Assembly: GCA_963704705.1 (NCBI GenBank)
Contig: OY969931.1
Location: 1,200,001 to 1,232,000, forward strand
From: an uncultured bacterium
GTDB lineage: Bacteria; Patescibacteriota; Gracilibacteria; UBA1369; PNNO01
Direction: 5' to 3'
DNA: 32,000 nt
Under the pieces are notes generated by a model. That model searched no databases, was not told the origin of the DNA, and was given only the letters and a program-made list of their open reading frames with translations. Positions 1 to 8,330 of this stretch are shown here, one piece after another (within the stretch, counting starts at the first letter, position 1; each line of letters opens with the position of its first letter). Both the position numbers and the translations under genes were made by a program.

Positions 1-78
1 CTTGGTGATTTGATTATGAAGGATATAAAAGAACCGCCAAAGGAAATAGATGAAGATCCATTTTTACATGAAGAATAA
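1..78 (+). CDS. 3' end of a cassette ORF (...LGDLIMKDIKEPPKEIDEDPFLHEE*), open at left edge
   Basis: Frame 1 open from position 1 to TAA 76-78, immediately before the first attC. Confidence 0.5.
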   Translation, partial: LGDLIMKDIKEPPKEIDEDPFLHEE

Positions 79-82
79 CATC

Positions 83-225
83 GCATAACAGCGAACTATC
101 CGGTTCGGGCTTTTTTGATGCGCGGCTTTGCGGGGCAAAAGCCTTCACCCAACTTTTTTTAATGGTGGCGCTGACGCGCTATTATACCACCGTAAAAAAG
201 TTCGTATAGTTTGCGCCCGTTATGT
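83..225 (+). repeat. attC1
   Basis: GCATAAC ... GTTATGT; stem GCGAACTAT/ATAGTTTGCGC; inner stem ACTTTTTTAATGGTGG/CCACCGTAAAAAAGT. Confidence 0.85.
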
Positions 226-258
226 GACATCCATTTTTTCTCATTGTAGAATAACGAC

Positions 259-828
259 ATGGAAAAAGAACCAATTACACCGATTGAAATAGTAAAAGCA
301 GATATTAAACTTTTTGAAAAATATCAAAAAGAAATTTTGGAAATCGAAAGAGAACTTATCGAAAATAGTTCATCAGCATATCTTATTGATGAACAAGATG
401 AGCTCGATTTTATGTTAGATGCGTTTAAAAAAGGAGGTTATGCTTATTTAGTAATGGAAAATGAAAAAGTTACTGGGTTTTTAGTTGTTGGGCCACTCGA
501 TGATGGGACTGAATTGCCTGAAACAGTTACTCAAAATTATCCAATTGCAAATTGCCTTCATATCAAAGTAATGTACATAAAAAATACAAGCAAAGGAATT
601 GGTAGTGAAATGATGGAAAAATTAATTCAAGAACTAGATAAAGAACAATGGAAATATTTATTTGTAAGAACTTGGATTGATCCACCAAATGAAGGAGCTA
701 TTAATTTTTATACAAATCGAGCTGGCTTTGAAGCTGTTCCAAATGCAATAGTTGAATCAACAAAAAGAAAATTGGATGGAAGTGGAACACTCCAAATAAA
801 AAGACAATATTTTTCAAAAAGGATATAG
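259..828 (+). CDS. GNAT-family N-acetyltransferase (cassette 1)
   Basis: 189 aa; GNAT-like VTGFLVVGPL, IGSEMMEKLIQEL and AINFYTNRAGFEAVP. Confidence 0.75.
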   Translation: MEKEPITPIEIVKADIKLFEKYQKEILEIERELIENSSSAYLIDEQDELDFMLDAFKKGGYAYLVMENEKVTGFLVVGPLDDGTELPETVTQNYPIANCLHIKVMYIKNTSKGIGSEMMEKLIQELDKEQWKYLFVRTWIDPPNEGAINFYTNRAGFEAVPNAIVESTKRKLDGSGTLQIKRQYFSKRI

Positions 829-842
829 AAAAAATGGACATC

Positions 843-999
843 ACATAACAGGCGCATTAACGGTTCGGGTTTTTTTTGTCGGGCGGCCTAAAAGCACGCC
901 CAAAAATCCCTCACCCAACTTTTTTAACGGTGGTGACATGCCTTGCGGCATGTTATTATGCCACCGTCAAAAAGTTCGCTAATGCGCCGGACGTTAGCG
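843..999 (+). repeat. attC2
   Basis: ACATAAC ... GCGCCGGACGTTAGCG; GCGCATTA/TAATGCGC stem. Confidence 0.88.
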
Positions 1000-1063
1000 G
1001 AAATTGGGCTGATTTTAAAAGCGACTTAATATATAATTCAAATAATTCTTAACCTAAAATTCT

Positions 1064-1642
1064 ATGAATCAAACATGGAAAATCATTGTCGCCGTCATTA
1101 TTACAGCAGTCGTTGTCGGAGGTGGCTTTTACTTCTGGCAACAGAGCAAGGAAGAAACTCCACAAGTTACTCGAAAAACCGAAGATCAAACACCAGCTCC
1201 AGCAGCTGAAACCGAAAAAACGTTCACTGGTAGCGGATTTACATTCACATACCCCGTAGAATATACAGCTGATAACAAAGGACTTTGGACAACGGACGGT
1301 TATCAAAGACATATAAATCCGCCTGAAGCTTGCGATACCTGCCAGATACCAGAAGTAGAAGTAAAAGCCACCACTTCAAATAAAACATTGGATCAACAAA
1401 TTATTGCTGATTATGACTTGCCAGGAACAACACTGGCAGAGATGTCTAAACAAACTGGCATCAAATATGAGCAAATAAAAATCGGCGACAATGATTTTAT
1501 CAAAATCACGGTTAGCGACATGTTCGATGTAACAGGATATTACACAAAACATAATAATCAGATTGTCGCTTTTAAAGTTTATTTGACGGAAAAAGATAAT
1601 AAGGCATTAAAAGATATTATTTCGACATTGAAGTTTAATTAA
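1064..1642 (+). CDS. Membrane-anchored/exported hypothetical protein (cassette 2)
   Basis: 192 aa, single N-terminal TM (IIVAVIITAVVVGGGFYFW), Pro/Thr/Glu-rich linker, soluble C-terminal domain. Confidence 0.7.
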   Translation: MNQTWKIIVAVIITAVVVGGGFYFWQQSKEETPQVTRKTEDQTPAPAAETEKTFTGSGFTFTYPVEYTADNKGLWTTDGYQRHINPPEACDTCQIPEVEVKATTSNKTLDQQIIADYDLPGTTLAEMSKQTGIKYEQIKIGDNDFIKITVSDMFDVTGYYTKHNNQIVAFKVYLTEKDNKALKDIISTLKFN

Positions 1643-1657
1643 AATCAGCCCAACATC

Positions 1658-1775
1658 AGATAACAAAGGCTATGCGGCTACGATCCTTTCAGTCGCTACG
1701 CCCATATTGTGCGGTGGTGGCCCTTCGCGGCCAATTATACCACCGCACAACATCGCATAGCCTTGGCCGTTAAAT
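1658..1775 (+). repeat. attC3
   Basis: AGATAAC AAAGGCTATGCG ... CGCATAGCCTTGGCC GTTAAAT. Confidence 0.82.
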
Positions 1776-1830
1776 GAAATTGATTATATTTATGTCGTAT
1801 GATAAATTTTGCTCCTTTAACAAATAAAGC

Positions 1831-2090
1831 ATGAATAAAGTTTTGCATTTAAACATTGAAACATCTGAACCAGGTAAATGGTTAGATATATTACATGTCT
1901 AAGATTAATGCATCTCGATGGCGTTGATACTATGGCCGATGATGGCAATACAAAAGCAGTTTTAGCAGTTTGTTTAGAAAAAGGAGCTGAAGTAAAAAGT
2001 GCTATTCAAAGGCATGGATTAACAATTACTGACGAATGTGAGAAAGGATTTTACAGCACCTCTAGAATTAAGATGATCAACTTCATTTAA
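1831..2090 (+). pseudogene. Small hypothetical protein (cassette 3), possibly frameshifted
   Basis: ATG 1831 frame gives MNKVLHLNIETSEPGKWLDILHV*; the other frame (1878-2090) continues with LRLMHLDGVDTMADDGNTKAVLAVCLEKGAEVKSAIQRHG; stop TAA lies inside the attC4 left core. Confidence 0.35.
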
Positions 2091-2185
2091 GAGGCGTATA
2101 TTCAGTTCCGCTCCTTCGTCGCTCCACCCAAATTTACATTTCGCTATGCTCAATGTAAACTTTGTATATACACCAGACGTTAAAT
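2085..2185 (+). repeat. attC4
   Basis: ATTTAAG AGGCGTATAT ... GTATATACACCAGAC GTTAAAT. Confidence 0.8.
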
Positions 2186-2312
2186 GCAATTTATTTTTTA
2201 TCCTCCCTGTTTTCTAAAGACTTTTTCTTCTTGACTTGTTGAAATATAATTACCGGCATGAAAAACAACCGGTCCAAAAACTGCAAAAAATCCAGCAGTT
2301 TCTTTATCGTTA

Positions 2313-2624
2313 TTATAAATAGAAACCAAAACACATTAAACCTATAGTTAGTATAAAAGCTAACCACATACCTATACTTTCATTTCTTGTATTTGATCTA
2401 ATAATTATATTTTCTAAACTTTGTCTATGATTAGATTGCTTTTCGGCCATTGTAATTATTCTATCGGCTGCTCCAGGAATAATTTTTTCATATCCTTCTA
2501 GAATATTTGGGGGGGGTAATGGCCCAGAAAAAGAAGTTGCTACAGCTGTAAATCTTTTTTCTATCCTTTGGCTTGGTTTATTTTGCAGTTTTTGAGTACT
2601 GCTTTTCTTCTTCTTTTTGTTCAT
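2313..2624 (-). CDS. Small hypothetical protein with C-terminal TM (cassette 4, reverse orientation)
   Basis: 103 aa; Lys-rich N-terminus, C-terminal hydrophobic MWLAFILTIGLMCFGFYL. Confidence 0.5.
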   Translation of the reverse strand: MNKKKKKSSTQKLQNKPSQRIEKRFTAVATSFSGPLPPPNILEGYEKIIPGAADRIITMAEKQSNHRQSLENIIIRSNTRNESIGMWLAFILTIGLMCFGFYL

Positions 2625-2808
2625 AATTATCTATTGAAATATAAATTGCATTTCCAACATTATCCCAATCATTTTTTAAGGCAAAATAATCTGCATCCTC
2701 CTGATAGCAGTATTCGTCTAATTTACCATATAAATCAATAACCCTACTTGCACCCTTAAAAAATGTTGGTGAAGTGCATAATTTAGTAGTTTTTAATTCG
2801 TCATTCAT
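2578..2808 (-). CDS. Small hypothetical protein (cassette 4, reverse orientation)
   Basis: 76 aa ORF overlapping the next ORF by 47 nt. Confidence 0.45.
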   Translation of the reverse strand: MNDELKTTKLCTSPTFFKGASRVIDLYGKLDEYCYQEDADYFALKNDWDNVGNAIYISIDNYEQKEEEKQYSKTAK

Positions 2809-2892
2809 AATAAATATTTAGTCGGTCGGATTAAAATTATAACAAAATATTTTTTAATCAACAATCCAATTAATAAATCAAAAATAAACTTC

Positions 2893-3025
2893 ATTTAACA
2901 GGTGTATGTTCGGCTCCACTCGCTATGCTCGTTTCGCCCATATTTGCCTTGTTCGCTTTGGCGGTGATAAAATTATACCGCCACGCTCACGGCGGCAAAC
3001 ATCGCACATACACCGGCCGTTGTAT
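2893..3025 (+). repeat. attC5
   Basis: ATTTAAC AGGTGTATGTTC ... GCACATACACCGGCC GTTGTAT. Confidence 0.85.
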
Positions 3026-3096
3026 GCCATCGGATAGGGGGATTTTGTTAATTTAGCCCTTTACTTTTCTTGTAAAATATAGCAGAATAGCATCCT

Positions 3097-3755
3097 TTGA
3101 ATCCATTTATGCCAGAAAACAAAATACTTCTTACAGGATTTGAGCCATTCGGCCCTTATCGCTACAACGTAGCTGAACAGCTAGTTGAAGCGCTAAATGG
3201 TGAAATAATTGATGTACGGCAGAACACACGCCTGCAAATAATTGGCGTAAGCTTGCCAATTAACTTTGGTACTTTTAGAAAAATTCTCGAAGCAGCAATT
3301 GAAAGCACTAAACCAAAAATAGCATTAGGATTAGGAATGGATTTTAAAGACCACGATCATCTCTCGTTAGAATTAGCTGCTCATTCAATTCCAAATTACT
3401 GCAATGATATTCAAGATACTGAATGTAATATTGGACCAAATGGCTCCTAGATAGTTTGCCAGAAACAATAAGAATTCCTAATGAAGAACACATAAAAAGT
3501 GCCATTTCTGCTATTAATGGAATTGAGTTTTCTGAAGATGCAGGGCGGCATATGTGCGAAACTGTGCTAAGAGATCTTATAAGAATGAGTGAAGGTGGCA
3601 AAAAATTTCAACCGGGTTTTATACATTTGCCGCATACAGCTGATCTTCTATCAGATTCAGTACATTTAGATAAACATGAGAAATCAATGTCAATCGAGCA
3701 GCAAATAGCAATAGTAAAAAAAGTAATAAAAAGTATTGGCACTTTTTATTTATAA
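3097..3755 (+). pseudogene. pcp: Pyroglutamyl-peptidase I-like (C15), split by an apparent frameshift near 3440-3450 (cassette 5)
   Basis: LLTGFEPFG N-terminus; second frame gives LLDSLPETIRIPNEE, then SEDAGRHMCETVLR (Cys motif) and PGFIHLPHT (His motif). Confidence 0.7.
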
Positions 3756-3781
3756 CAAAATCCCTTTTTCAATCCAACAGC

Positions 3782-3934
3782 ATACAACAGGCGCATTAAC
3801 GGTTCGGGCTTTTTTGACGGCTGGCTTCGCACAGCCAAAAATCCCTCACCCAACTTTTTTAACGGTGGTTTCACGCCTTGCGGCATGTTATTATACCACC
3901 GTCAAAAAGTTCGCTAATGCGCCGGACGTTAGGC
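3782..3934 (+). repeat. attC6
   Basis: ATACAAC AGGCGCATTAACGG ... GCTAATGCGCCGGAC GTTAGGC; very similar to attC2. Confidence 0.88.
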
Positions 3935-3956
3935 GGCATCTCTTAATCAATCTATT

Positions 3957-4253
3957 ATGAAATTATATACAAAAATATTGTTAGCATTATTTATTGGAAT
4001 AGTTCTCACCTTACTTTCAATATCATATAAATCATCTTATGAATTTCATGTACTTGAATACAGTAGTTATGAAACACGACCTTCCTGGGGATTCCCTTTG
4101 CAGTATGTATACGATAATGATGTTAGCTCACCAGTAATGTCAATGAATGAAGAAGATACATTCATTTTTACATATATGATTGGGGATGTATTAATTTACT
4201 CATTTTTGGCTTTCATACCATTTTTAATATTTAAAAAAAGAGACACCGCCTAA
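3957..4253 (+). CDS. Small two-TM membrane protein (cassette 6)
   Basis: 98 aa; N- and C-terminal hydrophobic segments; stop TAA lies within the attC7 GCCTAAC core. Confidence 0.65.
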   Translation: MKLYTKILLALFIGIVLTLLSISYKSSYEFHVLEYSSYETRPSWGFPLQYVYDNDVSSPVMSMNEEDTFIFTYMIGDVLIYSFLAFIPFLIFKKRDTA

Positions 4254-4365
4254 CAGCAAACTATCCGGTTCTGCTCCTTGCAGTCGCTACACCCAACTTT
4301 GCCAGTGGTGGCGCTTCGCGCTATTATACCACTGTCAAAGTTCGTATAGTTTGCGGACGTTAGGT
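4248..4365 (+). repeat. attC7
   Basis: GCCTAAC AGCAAACTAT ... CGTATAGTTTGCGGAC GTTAGGT. Confidence 0.88.
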
Positions 4366-4426
4366 GGCATAATATAAAAAAAGACCCACTTTTGGATAAG
4401 CAGGTCTTTTTAGTAAACTTAAATAA

Positions 4427-5037
4427 TTAAAATTCGTAAGTAACCGTTTCTTTCTGTTTATCGCCATCGGTCACCGATAAAAGCATTGTTCCGTGTTCAG
4501 ATTTATATAATTTTTTATAATGCTGCTTAACTGTAGCTAAACCTATTTTTAGTTCATCTTTAATAAACATTTCGCATGTAATAGCCTCTGGATCTGTATC
4601 ATTCACAATCAAAATCGTAGCTTGAACCGGAGCAGATTCCATAAAAATTGCAGGCCAATAAGCTAAGAAATTTTCATTACCACAACCTGTGTAACCAACT
4701 TTTACTGTTATTGTATCTCCTTCAATAGTCACCCAATTGCCACAAGTTTCATTGCCGATAGAAAATGATCCTTTTTTGAGATCTTCAAATGATTTATCAC
4801 TTCCTAAAGGATAAGCACATCACTTACAGCAACTGGCTCCGATGGCGACATATCCTTCGGTTCCACAACGGTTGGTTCCTCAGACACATCTATCATTATA
4901 TCTGAATCTTCTGGTTGCGTGTCAGTAGTTGAAACTGTTGGTTGTTGTTCTTCCTGAACCGGCTGAAACCAAGAACAGCCAGAGAGTGTTACTGTAGCAA
5001 TTGATAATAAAGCTACAAGCGTAATTACTTTTTTCAT
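4427..5037 (-). pseudogene. Lipoprotein, split by an apparent single-base frameshift near 4804-4815 (cassette 7, reverse orientation)
   Basis: 5' part MKKVITLVALLSIATVTLSGCSWF (lipobox LSGC). The other frame runs YPLGSDKSFEDLKKGSFSIGNETCGNWVTIEGDTITVKVGYTGCGNENFLAYWP. Confidence 0.65.
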
Positions 5038-5130
5038 AAGTGTATATGGTTAAAGTTACTTATTTAATAACAACCTTAGATAACAATAACACATTTTTTA
5101 TAAAAAGTTGCGATATTTTTATATTGCGCC

Positions 5131-5278
5131 ACCTAACAGGCGTATATCCAGTTCCGCTCCTTTCACTCGCTCCACCCAAATTAGCCTTTCCTCATTCCGG
5201 TGGTTTCACGTCTGACGACGTGATATTATACCACCGTCACTCGTCAGGCTAACTTTGTATATACGCCGGACGTTGTAA
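5131..5278 (+). repeat. attC8
   Basis: ACCTAAC AGGCGTATAT ... GTATATACGCCGGAC GTTGTAA. Confidence 0.87.
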
Positions 5279-5296
5279 GAAATTTTTAAATTATTC

Positions 5297-5814
5297 ATGA
5301 AAAAAGACAATTTTATTGAAAAATTACCGTTAGTAAAATTCTCAACTTATTCTGAAATTCAAAAACAATATGTGTTAGATTTTGGTGAGAACATTATTAA
5401 GTTAATGAAAAATTTTTCTCCAACACAAGTAGATGGCAATAATTTCTTAAAAGCATGCAGGCATATTTGGTTCTGGGAACTTGGAGCATATGAAGTAGTC
5501 CAACAATTGACGTTGAAGGTTGTTTTGATGATAAAACCAAGACAAAAATAAATGCACTTAAAATAAATCTCGCAAAGCTGAGAATGCCATTCGCAAAACA
5601 AGAACTTAGAGGAGAGAAGAAAAGAAAATTCGTGGAAACAGAACCTTCAGTTACTTCATTTGCAGAGGGGGATATAGGCTTTACTATAAAAGGAGAAAAA
5701 TTTTACTTTAAACCACTCTATAATGAGTTTAAAAGAGTAATTGGTGGTATCAAACCAAAAAATATAAATGCAAAGATTGAGAACCAAAAGGAAAAAAGTA
5801 AAAAACAAAATTAA
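5297..5814 (+). pseudogene. Hypothetical protein in two overlapping frames (cassette 8), probably one frameshifted gene
   Basis: ORF 5297-5551 (84 aa) and ORF 5584-5814 (76 aa). Frame 2 extends upstream as SPTIDVEGCFDDKTKTKINALKINLAKLRMPFAKQEL, giving a continuous product across frames. Confidence 0.5.
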
Positions 5815-5854
5815 AAAAAACTTCTTACAACAGCGGGCTAGCCGGTTCGCTCAC

Positions 5855-6185
5855 TAAAATTATTATTTTTTAAAATCTATATTATGAACAATATCTTAAT
5901 AATCATCCTGATCATTGTTAATATCTTTCTTTTATTTGCAATTCTCAGGATTCACAAACAACTAAAATGGATAAAGAAAACATATGACAGAAACTTTAAA
6001 CTAGCTCACGGAATATTGAATACCATAAACAAAAAAACAAAAGCTGATGAAAAATTGATATTACAAAAAAATGGGGCAATGAGGTTCTGGAGTCCTGATG
6101 AATATCAAGAAACTGTTGAAAGAATAGAGGATGTTAAAGAAATTCTTGAAAAATCGATCGAAAAGGATAAAAAATAATAATTTTT
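5855..6185. mobile_element. Small insert within attC9 bounded by a 17-18 bp inverted repeat
   Basis: TAAAATTATTATTTTTTA (5855-5872) against TAAAAAATAATAATTTTT (6168-6185), complementary at 17 of 18 positions. Confidence 0.45.
5884..6177 (+). CDS. Small membrane-anchored coiled-coil-like protein inside attC9
   Basis: 97 aa; N-terminal TM (ILIIILIIVNIFLLFAIL), charged C-terminus. Confidence 0.65.
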   Translation: MNNILIIILIIVNIFLLFAILRIHKQLKWIKKTYDRNFKLAHGILNTINKKTKADEKLILQKNGAMRFWSPDEYQETVERIEDVKEILEKSIEKDKK

Positions 6186-6332
6186 ACGCTCGCTTACCCA
6201 AGTTGTCACAACTGTAACAACTTCGTCTAGCCCGCGACCGTTGTACGAAAAATACTTCCCGGCTTATTTCTGAAATCCATAACTTTTAATGCAAGTAAAC
6301 AAATTGGATTTTCTTTTTTTGATAGAGGGGAG

Positions 6333-6396
6333 CTTCCTGCCTTTGGCAGGAAGTAATGAAAAATAAATATAAAATGGCTCGCCTTACGGCGAGCCA
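6333..6396 (-). terminator. Two consecutive hairpins at the 3' side of the reverse-oriented cassette 9 genes
   Basis: CTTCCTGCC TTT GGCAGGAAG and TGGCTCGCC TTAC GGCGAGCCA, followed on the minus strand by AT-rich sequence. Confidence 0.5.
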
Positions 6397-6425
6397 AAGA
6401 AAAATAAAGTTCAAAAACCAATTTT

Positions 6426-6947
6426 TTAGACCCTTAGCCAGCCGTGGAAGCCCCTATCGTCATAAGGATAGTTCGGAGGGTTCCCAGACACGGTGACACC
6501 ACCGTGATCACGAAACGCAGCGAGCGCAACCTTTTTGTTTCTTGTTTCTTCCGGGGTATCAACCCATGACCATGAGTCACTAAATAAGCCTTTAACAAGC
6601 CTAGCAAGTTTCTCAATTTGCTTTTCGTTTAAAAGACCTCCAAGACCCATATCTTTTTTCGCCATATCAACCGCGTTACCTTTTGGGTTATATCCTTGCC
6701 TTTCAGCTATTTCCTGTCCTTTACGGTCATAACAAACCATTCTTCGTCCTTTAGGGCTTTCTTTTGAACAATCCCAGAATTCATATTCTCCCGTTTCTTC
6801 AACAAATTCCACTACATCAGGTTCACCGCCGGTTCTTTCCATTTCATTGAGTGACCATAGTTTTTCAGGAGCTGCTTCTTTAAGTCTTGCTTCAACTCGT
6901 GACCATTCAATATCTTTGTGGCGTTTTAAGTTTGCTTCAAAACGAGC
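6426..6947 (-). pseudogene. DUF4256-family protein (cassette 9, reverse), frameshifted near 6850 and lacking its N-terminus
   Basis: MERTGGEPDVV...FWDCSKESPKGRRMVCYDRKG...FRDHGG...ARGF-like DDRGFHGWLRV. The upstream frame gives LKARFEANLKRHKDIEWSRVEARLKEAAPE, then LWSLNEMERTGG after a one-base shift at an A run. Confidence 0.7.
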
Positions 6948-6949
6948 TT

Positions 6950-7354
6950 TTAATGGTACTTAAAAGCTGTTCTGTTTGTTCGGGTAATTAAAGTGCGTTC
7001 AGGCTTTTCAACTTCCTCTTTTTCTTTTTTCTCAACTTGCAATTCATTATTATCATCATCTGTTGAATTACCTCTCTGTTCCAATAATAATGCATTAACT
7101 GCAGCCCTAACGGTTGGGTCATCAGGGAGCGGATCTACTCCCATTTTTGCATTTTCGATCATAAGTTCAAGTTTCAACCTATCTTCCGGATCCAGATGCC
7201 CTAAATCCATTACTTCTTCATACCCCAACTCTGTTGCCATATAATCATTATATGCATCTTCGTTATTCACTGGTTTTGGTGTAGATTCATTCATTTTATA
7301 AGTGTTACTTATAACAAGGTTTTTAATTCTAACTATATTTCGGCAAATTGTCAA
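6950..7354 (-). CDS. Acidic hypothetical protein (cassette 9, reverse); likely start is the internal MNESTPKP
   Basis: 134 aa ORF, ends immediately before the DUF4256-like sequence. Confidence 0.5.
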   Translation of the reverse strand: MTICRNIVRIKNLVISNTYKMNESTPKPVNNEDAYNDYMATELGYEEVMDLGHLDPEDRLKLELMIENAKMGVDPLPDDPTVRAAVNALLLEQRGNSTDDDNNELQVEKKEKEEVEKPERTLITRTNRTAFKYH

Positions 7355-7512
7355 GTATAAATTATTATGGTCTTATATACAAACATTTTATGGTGTTTTG
7401 GCTCGCAAAATTTACCCCTTTTATTCCCCTCTTTTACTCGCCAAAACTAATCCAATTTGTATTTCCAGATAATAATAAGGCATTTAAAAGAAAAATCGGG
7501 AAAGTATTCATC

Positions 7513-7654
7513 GTACAACAGCTGACTATGCGGTGAGGGCTTTTTTTCGTGCGGCTAAAGCACGCATCAAAGCCCTCACCCAACTTTGACCGTGGTGAGC
7601 ACTTCGTGCTAATTTTACCACGGTCAAAGTTCGCATAGTCAGCGGACGTTGTAT
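7513..7654 (+). repeat. attC10
   Basis: GTACAAC AGCTGACTATGCG ... CGCATAGTCAGCGGAC GTTGTAT; side hairpin GGTGAGGGCTTT/AAAGCCCTCACC. Confidence 0.87.
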
Positions 7655-7723
7655 TTAACCTTCTTGAGATTGACCTTTTTGTATTTTTATGTTATTGTTT
7701 AAATAGATATTTAAATTTAAATT

Positions 7724-8311
7724 ATGGCAGATTCATCAATTGATAAAGGATCACAAGGACAACCTCAGTCACCTGATCGTACTCCAAATTGGAATGATAT
7801 TGAACAATGGATTGCAGGTTTGTCTGGAGAACAAAAACAGAAAGTTAAAGATTTATTAGCAGAAACAGAAGTTAATAAACCTACTGAAAGCCCTATAGAC
7901 TTAGATAAACCTTCTACAGTTTATAGTAGAGTTCAAATTATTCTATCTGAGGCTGGATTTACTAATATTAGTTTTACAGAAACAGGTTTAACAGGTTATT
8001 ACGGTCCTGAAAACGATTTAAGTAGAAAGTGTATATTTAATATGAGTTTTCATAAAAATACAAAAATAACCAGTACTAATACCAATCTAGGTGTAATAAA
8101 CTGTTCATTTGTTGTTGCAAGAGCAGTACATGGTACTCATCGAAACTGGACTATATATTTTGATAATGAAAAAACTTTAAAAGAACAATTATCAACTTTA
8201 GCATCCGATCTTCGAGATACTGCCAAAAAAGATATTACATTTGAAGAAATTGAAGAAGATATTCATTCAAAAATATCAATGAAAAATGCTGAATTATTGG
8301 GACAAAATTAA
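7724..8311 (+). CDS. Hypothetical soluble protein (cassette 10)
   Basis: 195 aa intact ORF filling the cassette; polar N-terminus, then VYSRVQIILSEAGFTNISF and NWTIYFDNEKTLKEQL. Confidence 0.7.
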   Translation: MADSSIDKGSQGQPQSPDRTPNWNDIEQWIAGLSGEQKQKVKDLLAETEVNKPTESPIDLDKPSTVYSRVQIILSEAGFTNISFTETGLTGYYGPENDLSRKCIFNMSFHKNTKITSTNTNLGVINCSFVVARAVHGTHRNWTIYFDNEKTLKEQLSTLASDLRDTAKKDITFEEIEEDIHSKISMKNAELLGQN

Positions 8312-8330
8312 TAATTTCAAATACAACAAC

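Larger units (their letters stand above)
5825..6246 (+). repeat. attC9, interrupted by a ~330 nt insert
   Basis: Left arm TTACAAC AGCGGGCTAG; right arm CTAGCCCGCGACC GTTGTAC; inner hairpin AAGTTGT/ACAACTT retained; removing 5855-6185 leaves a ~90 nt attC. Confidence 0.78.

Noticed and set aside
1049-1312. 87-aa minus-strand ORF
   Set aside because: Antisense shadow of the better supported exported protein 1064-1642.
1878-2090. Toxin-antitoxin assignment for small cassette ORFs
   Set aside because: No recognisable toxin or antitoxin motif in any small cassette protein; size alone is not evidence.
3736-3960. 74-aa plus-strand ORF
   Set aside because: Runs straight through attC6; its translation is of the palindrome, so it is probably not a gene.
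5040-5252. 70-aa plus-strand ORF MYMVKVTYLITT...
   Set aside because: Mostly covers attC8 and is antisense to the leader of the cassette 7 lipoprotein.
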